Origin: a virus
Direction: 5' to 3' (one strand)
IMG/VR virus record: IMGVR_UViG_3300028027_000001
Length of the DNA: 64,000 nucleotides
In this document: piece by piece, positions 9,445-20,093 of the stretch
How the letters are laid out: each line of letters begins with the position of its first letter
How positions within the stretch are numbered: position 1 is the stretch's first letter
Position numbers and translations under genes: made by a program
The notes under the pieces: model-generated
Told to the model about the DNA's origin: nothing
Database searches by the model: none
What the model saw: the letters and a program-made list of their open reading frames with translations, nothing else

Positions 9445-10761
9445 TTATTGGTAATATTCGATTATGAAACGGAATTTGAAATCTGGTATTGTACCGTAGT
9501 CAAATTCCCCTCCAAATGGTCTGATATAGAATGATATATTTGATCCATATGCTAATTCAACTGGGTCATTTTCAAGTATATCTATTGTATCGCCGTTTGA
9601 GTTTACATAGCTAGTATCAAATGGGATTGGGTATGCTGGGTCTAGTGTTTTTTTACCTACAAGTGTACCATAACCTGATATGGCTGCATCTACGCTCATT
9701 CCAGGTCCAGCTGAAATTTCACCCCACAATGTACCTGGGTCGCCTATGTTTGTTGATGTATATGCTGTACTACCAGTTGATGGTGTTCCTGTAATTACAT
9801 TAGATGGGCTCAATTCATACATCGTATCACTACTCATATGGTTAAAACCTAAATATACTAATGGATCAGCAGGTGCGTAGTATTGAGCTGTACCTAATCC
9901 GTTTAATCGGATATATGTTTGGGTTCCGTTGTATGAATTGATGATGTTAGTATACACCTTAATTTTGCTGATGCCTTTCCACGATATGTCTGGGCAATAT
10001 CCTATATTAGCATATATACCAGATGTTTCGTATACTAATGGAGGGAAATTTTTGAAGTCTTCTCGGAAATCACCAGTAGGTAATCCTGAAACTATACCTA
10101 CATGAGTCCCATCCCACCCAATAACATATGGGTTAAATCCATCTTTGGATAACGCATCAATAGATATGGTTATATCTCCACTGTCATATTGTGCGGTAGC
10201 AGGAGCGGAAAATGTCCATTCACCTGGTAATGGGTTCTCAATGCAAATAAACTCATATGGCATTCCATCTGGTGGTAATATAGCAGGTGTATCTACCGGG
10301 TAATTGTTGATTTTACCACCAACATTGGATGGATAAACTGACAAAAATGAATTACTATTGTTTACAACGCGTACACTTTTACCAGTTGTTGGTTGTGGTA
10401 GTTTAGTTGCTCTGTTTGTTGTTGTTACATATTCAAACACGTTTACACCATACGAACATATGGATGTAGTTGCGGATGAAGTTGTACTTGCACTCAACGC
10501 AGCATTGACTGTATACAACGTGTCTGAAATGTTTAGTGACGCTGTTTGTGTTGTAGTTACAAATGATGCAGTGTCTGCACTAGTGATAAATGAACCTGTG
10601 TCTGTGCTAGATACGAATGAAGATGTATCCGCGCTGGTTAGGAATGAACCCGTTACCGCAATTAATGCGTTAACGGACCCAGTAAGGTATTCGAAATTAC
10701 CATCCAACTCATCGTGAGTTAATGGGGCTCCTTTGGTTGAGCGTAATGTTAAATTAGCCAT
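9445..10761 (-). CDS. Fibre/decoration protein, paralog 2
   Basis: N-terminal LTLRSxKGAPLTHxELDGNF attachment motif and TSADTxSF repeats. Confidence 0.65.
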   Translation of the reverse strand: MANLTLRSTKGAPLTHDELDGNFEYLTGSVNALIAVTGSFLTSADTSSFVSSTDTGSFITSADTASFVTTTQTASLNISDTLYTVNAALSASTTSSATTSICSYGVNVFEYVTTTNRATKLPQPTTGKSVRVVNNSNSFLSVYPSNVGGKINNYPVDTPAILPPDGMPYEFICIENPLPGEWTFSAPATAQYDSGDITISIDALSKDGFNPYVIGWDGTHVGIVSGLPTGDFREDFKNFPPLVYETSGIYANIGYCPDISWKGISKIKVYTNIINSYNGTQTYIRLNGLGTAQYYAPADPLVYLGFNHMSSDTMYELSPSNVITGTPSTGSTAYTSTNIGDPGTLWGEISAGPGMSVDAAISGYGTLVGKKTLDPAYPIPFDTSYVNSNGDTIDILENDPVELAYGSNISFYIRPFGGEFDYGTIPDFKFRFIIEYYQ

Positions 10762-10764
10762 AGT

Positions 10765-12063
10765 TTATTGGTAATATTCAATTATGAATCTGAATTTGAA
10801 GTCTGGGATGGTGTCGTAGTCAACATATTCTAGAGGGCATATCTGAAATGATATGTAAGATGAGTAGAATTTTTCTACTGTTGTGCCAACATATACAGGG
10901 TTAGAAAATGGGTAAAGTAAAGTACCCAATGATTTATTACCTATAAGAGTACCTTGCTCAGTATCTAAATTGACATTAGCTTCAACGTCTGAAAATGCTA
11001 CTTGCTCTCCCCACATTGTACCAGCATCACCTATATTTGCTGATGTATATGCTGTACTACCTGTTGATGGGGTTCCAGATATTGTATTGTTTAAATAGAG
11101 TCTAAATAAATTAATATTAAGTGCACTAGCACCATTAGTTATTATTGAACCGTCGGATATTTTGTAGTAATCTGCTTCCCCATTCCCTAACAATCTAACT
11201 TCAGTATATCCTACAGGGTCACCACCTTCATCCACTGTTGCTAATATATTTGTGTATACTTTGATTTTGCTAATACCTTTCCATGCGGTATCTGGTCTGA
11301 ATGCTAGGTAATAGTATCCGCCAGATGTTCTTTGTTGGATAGTACCTTTGTTTTTCCCATTGTACCCCCAAGTCTCACTATTAAAGCTATTTGCTAATCC
11401 AACATGAGATGCATCATATGCAGTAACAACGGGGTTGTATCCCTCTAATGTACCTGCAGTAACAGATATTTCTATTTCTCCACTATCGTATTGTCCAGTA
11501 GCGGGAGTTGAGAATGTCCATGCTCCTGGTAATGGGTTCTTGATACATATGAATTCATATGGCTTACCATCTGGAGGTAATATTGCTGGAGTATCTACCG
11601 GGTAGTTGTTAATGTTACCGCCAATATTAGATGGGTAAACATATAACAATGATGTGCTATTGTTGATTACAGTAACGCTTTTACCTGTGGTTGGTTGTGG
11701 TAATTTAGTAGCGAAATTAGTTGGAGTTACGTATTCAAATACGTTTACACCATATGAGCACACTGACGTAGTTGCTGATGATGTTATACTCGCGCTCAAC
11801 GCAGAATTAACTGTGTATAACGCGTTAGATATGTTTAACGATGCCGTTTGTGATGTGGTGACAAATGAACCTGTATCCGCGCTAGTAATAAATGATGCAG
11901 TGTCTGCACTGGTTAGGAATGATGATGTATCGGCACTAGTGATAAATGAACCGGTTGCAGCATTGATTGTATTAATTGAGCCCGTAAAGTACTCAAAGTT
12001 GCCGTCTAGTTCCTCGTGGGTTAATGGGGCTCCTTTTACAGAGCGAAGGGTTAGGTTTGCCAT
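10765..12063 (-). CDS. Fibre/decoration protein, paralog 1
   Basis: Same N-terminus and identical final FKFRFIIEYYQ as 9445-10761. Confidence 0.65.
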   Translation of the reverse strand: MANLTLRSVKGAPLTHEELDGNFEYFTGSINTINAATGSFITSADTSSFLTSADTASFITSADTGSFVTTSQTASLNISNALYTVNSALSASITSSATTSVCSYGVNVFEYVTPTNFATKLPQPTTGKSVTVINNSTSLLYVYPSNIGGNINNYPVDTPAILPPDGKPYEFICIKNPLPGAWTFSTPATGQYDSGEIEISVTAGTLEGYNPVVTAYDASHVGLANSFNSETWGYNGKNKGTIQQRTSGGYYYLAFRPDTAWKGISKIKVYTNILATVDEGGDPVGYTEVRLLGNGEADYYKISDGSIITNGASALNINLFRLYLNNTISGTPSTGSTAYTSANIGDAGTMWGEQVAFSDVEANVNLDTEQGTLIGNKSLGTLLYPFSNPVYVGTTVEKFYSSYISFQICPLEYVDYDTIPDFKFRFIIEYYQ

Positions 12064-12098
12064 ATTTTAATGTTTACGTATAAATATGGACGAACATG

Positions 12099-12794
12099 TT
12101 AATCACGAAATTCTTCGTATATTTTAAGTATATCCTCTACTGCTTCGTGGCGATGGTTTTTCTTAAGAGTGACCACTTTAACGGTAGGTGTGCGTTCTTC
12201 TAGGCGATTGAAGAATGATATACCGGATTCTTTTTTGGAACGTAAATCTACCTGGGATATATCACCACAAAATACCATTTTTCCACCTTTACCCAAACGG
12301 CCTAAAATCATTTCGGTTTGTGGGTGAGTGATGTTCTGGCATTCGTCTACAATTACAAATGAATTTGGGAATGTACGGCCTCGCATGAATGCAAATGGTA
12401 CTACCTCAATTATACCGTCCGCAATTAACTTGTCGATTTTTTCCTTATCGTACAGCATGTATAGGTTGGCGTATATTGGTGCTAACCACGGGTCCATTTT
12501 TTCCTTTAAGTCGCCAGGAAGGAAACCAATGTCCTCTTTTGCTACGGTAGGTCGGGTGATGATTAGTTTTTCCATTTCCTTACGGAACACTAAATCGAGT
12601 GCTATTTGACACGCTAGTAATGTTTTACCTGAACCGGCCATACCCTTAATTAGGGTAACGGGTGTGTTTAGGATGATGTCTTTTGCTTCTTTTTGTTCCT
12701 CGTTAAGGGACATTTTGAATTTGATGGGTCCCTTAGGTTTGCGTTTTTCCTTGAATACATCTTGTGCTTCAGGAGTACGGTTATAGTCAGTCAT
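12099..12794 (-). CDS. phoH: PhoH family ATPase
   Basis: GMAGSGKT, IGFLPGDLKEK, MRGRTF, DECQN, GDISQ.D and NHRH motifs. Confidence 0.95.
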   Translation of the reverse strand: MTDYNRTPEAQDVFKEKRKPKGPIKFKMSLNEEQKEAKDIILNTPVTLIKGMAGSGKTLLACQIALDLVFRKEMEKLIITRPTVAKEDIGFLPGDLKEKMDPWLAPIYANLYMLYDKEKIDKLIADGIIEVVPFAFMRGRTFPNSFVIVDECQNITHPQTEMILGRLGKGGKMVFCGDISQVDLRSKKESGISFFNRLEERTPTVKVVTLKKNHRHEAVEDILKIYEEFRD

Positions 12795-12810
12795 ATAACT
12801 TGTTTTGGTA

Positions 12811-12842
12811 TAAATATACTAAATGGTTGGTGGGTAGCCAAA
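12811..12842 (-). promoter_or_regulatory. Bacteroidota sigmaA-type promoter overlapping a late motif (phoH)
   Basis: TTTG-N20-TATATTTA on the minus strand. Confidence 0.7.
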
Positions 12843-12843
12843 T

Positions 12844-14547
12844 TTAAAGCACCATTTCAAATCTAGTAACACCACAATCCCATACTCGGTGGTAACCCAT
12901 GTTTCGCATTAGTTCTACCTCGGTATGGTTGTCAGTGTCCATACCCATTTTTTTGAGTACACCTTTATTGTAATTGAACCGGTGTTCCCTACTCATATAG
13001 TCTTTGGTATACCAGTAACCATGTTGTGATGTTGATACATGTTTAAAACCACAAGTTAAATATAAATTGTTTACAGGTGATGACCATCGGTTATCTGCAA
13101 ATGAATATATGTGTTGTGGGTTTACTTCACGGATAAAATGTTTGAGTAAACGCGATGCAGCACCAATTACATTGGTGTATTTTTTGTTACAGAATCGAAT
13201 GAGTTCCCATGTATCGCCATTGTTTACGTTTGTTTTACCTATTGCGGTACGTGGTTTTCTGAATGTCATTATGGATACCAGTTCGTTCTGGTAGTATAGT
13301 CCGTATTTGTAGAATGCTTGGTCGCGCCCCTGAATGTGGTTTTGGTCGAGGAATGTGTTTTTAATGTTTGGTGCCACATCACGTATTTCACATTTACGAG
13401 CAAATATAGTGGTGGTGTTTGCTTTTAGTTCGTTTTGTATTCGTGAATACACAATGTCTTTTTTGTTTAGTAATTCGTCCGAGAATATTTGTATGAGTTT
13501 AATGTTTAACTGGCTATATTTGGTATATAAATTGCGGGTATAGTTTTTTTCATATAACGTGCTGTCCTTCAAATCAACTACGTTGATACCCAATCCTAAA
13601 TCAGGTATATATATGTCTATTTCGCTATTGTAATTATGTAATATACTCCCGACATATAGACTGGATATATAGGATGTTAATTTAAATATATTTGGTTTAT
13701 GTTTGGTTAGTTCATGTTTGTATTGATTATGGATATGTTTTTGTGTTTCAATGTGGTTTAAATCATATTCTTTGATGGTGTTCTCTATTAATGATGTACC
13801 GTATTGCCATTTGTACCCACCACATGTTTTCTGTTTACCATTACAACATGCTCGAATGTCGGTGGAGTTAATGCGTATGCCTTGTTTAGCGTATTCTTTT
13901 TCGGCATAGTAGCTATTTGGGTATTCACGTATGAATGTACCTTCCAAGTCGTATTGCAATACGGTTTGTTGTTTGATTTTCACATTGTTTTGAAGTCCAG
14001 CTAGTATTTGTTGTATGTTGTCGTCATCCGACCACTGGAATATACAACCACGGAATGTTTTTTGTTTGGATTGATTGCATGACTGAATGATACCACCTGT
14101 GGTGTCTTTGATGTCCGGGAATAATATGGTTTTGGCTTGGGAGGGTGAATCGAATTTAGCTATGAATGTACCATCCAGTTTGTATACATTTACCGCACGT
14201 GTGTTTTTAATGGATGAAATGGACATTTTTTGTTTAGTAGTGGTTGATTTGTTGCCACCTTTACCGTCGTTTAACATGGTAAACATAGCTGAATCCCATC
14301 CGTATTGGTCTACGTGGGTTTGTTTATGATGTGCTTCACGTTCATCTAGTATGTCTGGGCTGCATTGTTCGAGTATCTCAAATGTGTGGTTAGCGATACC
14401 ATGATGTATGAGTGAATTATATAGTTGTGGTTGACCTTTGCAACGCAAATTTTGGTAGTGGTACCAACGTTTATCTATGTCAAGTGATTGACCGATATAT
14501 ATTTTATTGGTTGGTGATGTGATTTTATATATGCCTATTTTCTTCAT
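12844..14547 (-). mobile_element. Free-standing homing endonuclease: GIY-YIG + NUMOD repeats + Hef-like C-terminal half
   Basis: GIYKITS...IYIGQS; two NUMOD1-type segments (V.xY.L.G.FI); IFARKCEI, NHIQG, WELIRFC and SFADNRWS motifs. Confidence 0.8.
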
Positions 14548-14571
14548 GTAAATATACCTTATGTTCCGGTA

Positions 14572-14603
14572 TAAATATACTAAAGGAACATAGGGGGGGC
14601 AAA
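14572..14603 (-). promoter_or_regulatory. SigmaA-type plus late promoter of the endonuclease gene
   Basis: TTTG-N20-TATATTTA; shares GGTATAAATATACTAAA (+ strand) with the phoH promoter. Confidence 0.65.
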
Positions 14604-14650
14604 TATAAAGGGAAAATCAGTGATTATATGTGTGGATGAAGAGTAACGGG

Positions 14651-14708
14651 AAAAAAGAAGGGCGCCGAAACCGGCGCCCTTTTTAGCGTGAAATCTGCGA
14701 TTTTACGC
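14651..14708 (-). terminator. Double hairpin and terminator after the major capsid gene
   Basis: AAGGGCGCCG/CGGCGCCCTT stem (14658-14681) with T tract, plus a GCGTGAAATC/GATTTTACGC stem (14686-14708). Confidence 0.85.
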
Positions 14709-14712
14709 GCGA

Positions 14713-16374
14713 TTAGATGCTTGCTAAGTCAGAAACAAACACTCTTCCGTAGAATTCCGGACGGATCATTTTCTTCGCGTAACGAGTCAATAGACCTTTT
14801 CTTGGTGTAAATGTTTCAGGATCGTATACAAGTGGCGTCATGATTAATGGAACGTAAGGCGCAAATACAGCTCCTGTTTCTAAGAATTGAGCACCTCTAT
14901 AACCCATCAAGATAACGTTTTCAGTCATGTATGGGTTTTTGTATACTGTGTAACGGTTGTTCAAGTTACCTGCTTTTTGGATACCAAAAGCGTAGCTTGC
15001 TTTAGTTACATCACCATCAGAAGATGAAGCAAATCCTGGGATTGACTCAAGGATTGTTGCTACAGCTGGAGAACATACCATGAAGTTAGCGCCACCTCTT
15101 AAAGTCTTTTGGTGAATTTTGTTAGATACTTTTTGGAATTTCGTTCCTAAAGTTTGGAACCATTGTCCTTGTGTGTTGTAGAAACCTAAGTTATCGTATC
15201 CAGTTTTAGCTGAATTTAATGACTTGTTGTTTACTGCTGACCAATACTCATCTGCTGCAGAAGCGTCTTGAATCAACATATCTAAGTTTTCTAAATCGAT
15301 TTCTAATGCGATGTACTCAGACATGATTGATGTTAATTCTGCTTCAGCATCTAATGATTGGTAAGCATTTAAATCTTGTGCGAACTCTGGAGTCCATTGT
15401 GCTTTCAACTTACGTGTTTTAGCAACGATAGCTTCTGATTTCAATTTGATATCGATAGATGGGATAGCTAATGTATCAGCAGCTTGTGCGTTTGCATATC
15501 CTCCACCAGCTTGGTCTTCGAAATCACCTCTGTTGTTATCAACTGGTTGTTGGTTGTACCATACAACGTTTCCAGCACCTGCAGCAGGAACGTCAGCTGA
15601 AGCTACAGCACCTACATAGATGAATGAAATGTTTGTTCCGTCTGTTTTAGTGAATTGAGGTAATACTTTAGCGTTTGTGTTTGGAGTCAATGTTGATCCA
15701 GAAGCTAATGTAAATGCTCTAACACCTTTCAAATCAGGACGTGTTAATGCAGAAGCAGCAACAGATACTTTTGTATAAGCACCAGCAGCAATAGATGCAG
15801 ATAATTCAGCAGCATAGTTAACGTCTGCCCAAGATGCAGTAGCAACTGTAGTTGCAGCAGAAGCTGAGAATTGATTAATTGTGTATCCGAAACGACCAGC
15901 ACCATATAAACCACCATTTGGATCGTTTGCAGCACCTGGGTTAGTAACACCGTATAATGAACCTGTTCCGTAGATATCACCTGCTGGTCCGAAGTTCAAT
16001 TTTTTGTTTTGTCCGAATGCGAAATCCAAGAAGAAAACTAGACCTGAAGGTAAGTTCATTGGTTGAACTGACATGAATTCTTTAGTTGATAAAGAACCGA
16101 ATACTTTACGTACTAATGGTAAAGCTACTCCTGCCCATTGCTCACCTTGTCCTACTGAAAATGTAGCACCACCTTGGTTTGTTGAGTTAGATTCCATAAC
16201 CAATTGTTTAGCTTGGTTTTCAAGAATCATTGCCATGTTGTTTTTTTCAATTTCTGAGTTAACACCCTCTAAAAGGCCTGTTTTACCCCATTTTGCAGCC
16301 ATTCTTGCTGCATCACTTTGCAAGTTTTTCCAACCTGCAGCTGAACTTTCTAATAAGTCGTTAATTGTTGACAT
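14713..16374 (-). CDS. gp23: Major capsid protein, T4 gp23 family
   Basis: SVQPMNLPSGLVF, AKTRKLKAQWTPEFAQDL, EAEL...I..EID, APYVPL and DPETFTPRKG..TRY motifs. Confidence 0.97.
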   Translation of the reverse strand: MSTINDLLESSAAGWKNLQSDAARMAAKWGKTGLLEGVNSEIEKNNMAMILENQAKQLVMESNSTNQGGATFSVGQGEQWAGVALPLVRKVFGSLSTKEFMSVQPMNLPSGLVFFLDFAFGQNKKLNFGPAGDIYGTGSLYGVTNPGAANDPNGGLYGAGRFGYTINQFSASAATTVATASWADVNYAAELSASIAAGAYTKVSVAASALTRPDLKGVRAFTLASGSTLTPNTNAKVLPQFTKTDGTNISFIYVGAVASADVPAAGAGNVVWYNQQPVDNNRGDFEDQAGGGYANAQAADTLAIPSIDIKLKSEAIVAKTRKLKAQWTPEFAQDLNAYQSLDAEAELTSIMSEYIALEIDLENLDMLIQDASAADEYWSAVNNKSLNSAKTGYDNLGFYNTQGQWFQTLGTKFQKVSNKIHQKTLRGGANFMVCSPAVATILESIPGFASSSDGDVTKASYAFGIQKAGNLNNRYTVYKNPYMTENVILMGYRGAQFLETGAVFAPYVPLIMTPLVYDPETFTPRKGLLTRYAKKMIRPEFYGRVFVSDLASI

Positions 16375-16405
16375 TTGTGTGTTTTTGTTTTAGTTTAAAA
16401 TTAAA

Positions 16406-17401
16406 TTAAGCCAATCCTGCTAATTTACGCATTCTATCGAATACTGCGTTTGATTCAACGATTGGATGTTTAGTTGTTGTAACTGGTGTAGTAGTTGATC
16501 TTGATGCTCTACCTAAGTTTTCGCGAATTGGGTTAGTTTTAACTTTTAATCCCTCGTTTAAAGTTGAATAAACTAATTTTACTTCTTTAACTGTAGTAGC
16601 TTTGTCAAATGAACTCAATACTTTCACTTTTTGCTCTTCGTTTAATGATTTTGCTTTGAAGATTTTATTTGTGTAAAGAAGTTTAGCGTTTAACAAGTTG
16701 ATCTCGTTTAATTCTGAACGTAGTGTTTCGATTGTAGAGTAAGCATTTTCTAATTCTGTTGTTAATGATGTAGTGTCTACTGTTGTTTCAGTAACTGTTT
16801 CTTCTTCGATTTCTCTTAACAATTCAGCTAAGTCTACATCTTCTTCTTCACTGTTGTCCAAGTCTAAGTCAATTTCTTCGTCGCCTTCTTCCTCTTCACC
16901 TTCTTCGCCATGTCCTGCTTCTAATTCTCCATCTTTAACCATATCCGCAATTACGTCTTCGATCATTGATTTCAAATCTTCGTCAGTCATGTCTTCTAAT
17001 TTCATCGGTTCTTCCTCTTCTTCTTCCTCCTCTTCGGATTCACCAGCTTCTTCAGCTTCGTTTAAAGTTTCGTCGATTTCTTCTTCGCTTTCAATCTCTG
17101 CAAGTAACTCTTCTAAGTCGATTTCTTCTTCGTCTAGGGCCTTTTTACCCATTTCTCCGAATCCTGTATTTTCAGGTGTATCGAACTCACCAAATCCTTC
17201 TTCTACTTCATCATACGTTTCTTCAATTGATTCTTCTGACAAATCTTCGTCAGCCATTTCTTGAAGTTTTAACGATAACATAGATTTTAATTGTGGTGTG
17301 AATGCTTCTTCCAGAGCTGCTTTTGCGTTTGCTATAGCCATATCTTTTACAGATTTAGCGTCAGCGATTGCTTCTGCAAGCATGTCTCTGTTTGTTGCCA
17401 T
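16406..17401 (-). CDS. Prohead scaffolding protein, gp22-like
   Basis: Very acidic coiled coil directly upstream of the MCP, many L/I-x-E sites, C-terminal RMRKLAGL. Confidence 0.85.
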   Translation of the reverse strand: MATNRDMLAEAIADAKSVKDMAIANAKAALEEAFTPQLKSMLSLKLQEMADEDLSEESIEETYDEVEEGFGEFDTPENTGFGEMGKKALDEEEIDLEELLAEIESEEEIDETLNEAEEAGESEEEEEEEEEPMKLEDMTDEDLKSMIEDVIADMVKDGELEAGHGEEGEEEEGDEEIDLDLDNSEEEDVDLAELLREIEEETVTETTVDTTSLTTELENAYSTIETLRSELNEINLLNAKLLYTNKIFKAKSLNEEQKVKVLSSFDKATTVKEVKLVYSTLNEGLKVKTNPIRENLGRASRSTTTPVTTTKHPIVESNAVFDRMRKLAGLA

Positions 17402-17547
17402 TTTTCCTAAATTATGTTTTTTGTTGGGAAAATACGTTTATTGGAAACGTAATAGAATATAAATTAATTGGATACCATATAATATATTGAGGGGATGGTA
17501 TATTCGGAGTATACGTATGTGTGGAGGTAGTCAAAGTCGCATAGGAC

Positions 17548-17572
17548 AAAAAAAGCCCCCAAAAGAGGGAGC
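17548..17572 (-). terminator. Probable terminator after the protease gene
   Basis: Imperfect GCTCCCTC/GGGGGC stem plus T7 tract. Confidence 0.5.
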
Positions 17573-17604
17573 GATTTTTGACCGGTTTGCAATCTTAAAT
17601 ATTT

Positions 17605-18240
17605 TTAAAATATAGGGCATGTGCCTTTAGCACATAGTATTTCGGTAACTAGTGAATTAACTTTATTGTATGGGTTTAATTGTGTAGTTCTAGATTCGTT
17701 AAGTTGACCAGGTTGGGTAAACCATGAATTTGGATTTGATGGGTTGCTTACAAAATCGAAACAAAGCAATTCGAAATCATCTTGTACCTCCATGACTTCA
17801 CCTACTTGTTTGAGTGAACCCATACCACGAGATGACATACCAACGTTCAAGCCATTCTTAATCAATGCCCCAACAATACGTCCAGAAGATGTTCCCTTTT
17901 CACCCATGTCCGAGAATATTTCTATTAACCCCATAATTTTATCCCCATCCCACCATATCTTTCGAATAGCATGAGATACGTTTTTAAGGTTGATAATTTG
18001 TGAATCTGGATGGTCTAACTCACCACATACTTCTGTAGTTTTTTTCTGGATATGTTGTTGGAATTTATCTATTTCACGTTCCCATAGTTCACGTGGGTAG
18101 TAGCGGCCATTTCCATTTTTTACTTCAACGGTTGCTAAGATACCTTCTACAAATACATTACCACCATTTCCCTGTCCTTCTACTAGAAGGACAGGTGATG
18201 GGTTAAAGTATCGTGTTTCAATTAATAATTGTTTGTTCAT
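17605..18240 (-). CDS. gp21: Prohead maturation protease, T4 gp21 family
   Basis: NGNGRYYP, GELDHP, GMSSRGMGSL and DFVSNPS catalytic motifs. Confidence 0.95.
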   Translation of the reverse strand: MNKQLLIETRYFNPSPVLLVEGQGNGGNVFVEGILATVEVKNGNGRYYPRELWEREIDKFQQHIQKKTTEVCGELDHPDSQIINLKNVSHAIRKIWWDGDKIMGLIEIFSDMGEKGTSSGRIVGALIKNGLNVGMSSRGMGSLKQVGEVMEVQDDFELLCFDFVSNPSNPNSWFTQPGQLNESRTTQLNPYNKVNSLVTEILCAKGTCPIF

Positions 18241-18258
18241 GGGGGGTAAATATATTTT

Positions 18259-19395
18259 TTAGTAATCCATTCCTTCAAACCCACCAATTATATCGTTGTA
18301 TAATTCGCGTTTGAATTGTGGGTAATCAGCCATAATTGAGTCGATGTCTTCTCCTTCATTATAACGATCTTCTGCGTCTTGCTTAGCAGCCATATATTCT
18401 GGTGATGCTTCGTCTGTGTTTTCAGTTTCGTCAAGTACTTCTTTTTTCTTACCCTTCATGGATTTCTCCAATTTTGCTTTTGCTTTTTCTAGCAACTTGA
18501 TTTCTTTTTGAAGTGCTTTAATTTTCTTACCATCTGTCAAGTCTTTCAAGTCTTCGTTTTCGTCTAACATATTTAATTGTGCTTGACGTTTTTCGATTTC
18601 TTCTTGTACTTTGTTAAGTTTTGATTGTGTTACTTCGTTTGCTACTTCACCATCAATTTCTTTTAAACGTTTATGTACATTTTCGTTTAATGGTGTTTTA
18701 CTCATTTCTTCAGCAATGATTGAGCGAATAATACCGCGTAACTTTGATTCGTTGATTGACATATCTTTTGTTTGTTTATTTTCGTTCAATTTAACTGCTT
18801 CCATTCCAGATGAAGCATATTTTCCTTTTGCTTCTTTTGGTGTACCTAAGCCTGGGTGTTCAGTTGTATAGCCTAATTCTTTAACACCAAATTGTCCTTC
18901 TTTAGTGTAGTGGATAGGATCTTTTTGTAGGTTTTTAAGCACAATGGATTTTAATTCTTCCATTGTTTTATCACAATTCTTAGGGTCTTTCATTTCCGCG
19001 TAATAACCCATCATTACTTGGTCGAATATAACGTTGTCGATATTTTTCTCGTCTGCGTTATCGTGCGCGTGTTCTTGCTTGTCTTCAACCGATTTAGATA
19101 CGGTTTTTGCTTCTGCTTTATCCGCCGATTCTTTCTTTTTTGCTTCTTTCAAAAATGAATCAAACGCAGTTTCAAATGACTCTTTTTTAGTTGGAGTTAA
19201 CTGATTTATTGCTTGTAAACCAACTATGTTCTCACTAATAACATTTTTGTCTTTTAAGATACGTGTAGTTAATTCAATATCAGCATTAACCGGAATAAGA
19301 TTTGGAAATTGACGTTTTGCTTCAGTTAAGAATACACCTTTATGTCCTTTTCCCTCTTTGATTAGTAAATATTGGTCTTGTAGTGTTTTTTTCAT
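18259..19395 (-). CDS. Prohead core/internal protein
   Basis: Charged coiled coil with repeated LNE/INE/IAE/LDE sites, between portal and protease. Confidence 0.6.
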   Translation of the reverse strand: MKKTLQDQYLLIKEGKGHKGVFLTEAKRQFPNLIPVNADIELTTRILKDKNVISENIVGLQAINQLTPTKKESFETAFDSFLKEAKKKESADKAEAKTVSKSVEDKQEHAHDNADEKNIDNVIFDQVMMGYYAEMKDPKNCDKTMEELKSIVLKNLQKDPIHYTKEGQFGVKELGYTTEHPGLGTPKEAKGKYASSGMEAVKLNENKQTKDMSINESKLRGIIRSIIAEEMSKTPLNENVHKRLKEIDGEVANEVTQSKLNKVQEEIEKRQAQLNMLDENEDLKDLTDGKKIKALQKEIKLLEKAKAKLEKSMKGKKKEVLDETENTDEASPEYMAAKQDAEDRYNEGEDIDSIMADYPQFKRELYNDIIGGFEGMDY

Positions 19396-20093
19396 TTGTT
19401 TGCAGTTAATAGTGTTTCGATGTTTTTTAGGTAATCTAAAATCATCTCGGTTGGTTTATATATATCGTATGATCCGGGATGTTCATTATAGTAATCTGCG
19501 GTTTCGTTTTTTGCGTTAGATACAAGTGGATGTAGCGCGTTTAAACGCGTTTCTATGTCGTCGAATGCAGATATGCGCTCACGTTGGAAATCGCTGGTTT
19601 CGTTAATGGGTTCTACTTCAAATAGTTGTTTTACTTCTAAACCAGATCCCTTAATTTTATTAGGAACAGCTTTATATCCTAGTTTGTAGTAGAATTTAGT
19701 GGCAGCACCTTTAGCATTTTTATTTTTGTTAAATGCTTTAGGTGTAGCATATTGCTCACCAGCACCCGGTAAAAAGGAGGCACCACCCTGGGAAGTAGTT
19801 GAATCTTCTTCTAGGTGGCCTTTTGAAATTTTAAATTGATATAATTTTTGGCGGATTATTTTTCCTATTTTAATAATATCTTTTAATTTAGAATCATCAT
19901 ATTTAGCAGATGCATTTTCTAATTGCTTGACAACATCTACTACGGCTCTATAAGTTTTGTCTAAATCAGGAGCATATTCCACATCCCACTCTGATGAGTG
20001 GGTTTCGGGGTCGTCCGTTACATGTTTCGTTGAGAAAAAATGTTGATGGACTTCTTGGAATAATTGAATAGAATTCTTTTTTAGATTATCCAT
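19392..20093 (-). CDS. Prohead-region protein
   Basis: ATG 20093 overlaps the end of the upstream gene; YATPKAF motif and L/I-x-E sites. Confidence 0.6.
   Translation of the reverse strand: MDNLKKNSIQLFQEVHQHFFSTKHVTDDPETHSSEWDVEYAPDLDKTYRAVVDVVKQLENASAKYDDSKLKDIIKIGKIIRQKLYQFKISKGHLEEDSTTSQGGASFLPGAGEQYATPKAFNKNKNAKGAATKFYYKLGYKAVPNKIKGSGLEVKQLFEVEPINETSDFQRERISAFDDIETRLNALHPLVSNAKNETADYYNEHPGSYDIYKPTEMILDYLKNIETLLTANK

Noticed and set aside
9445-12063. DGR template/variable repeat pair
   Set aside because: Differences are not adenine-specific, both copies are full genes and there is no reverse transcriptase in the window
16773-17283. Ser-rich + strand ORFs over the scaffold gene, and similar short + strand ORFs elsewhere
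   Set aside because: Reverse-complement artefacts of Glu-rich or otherwise biased minus-strand genes
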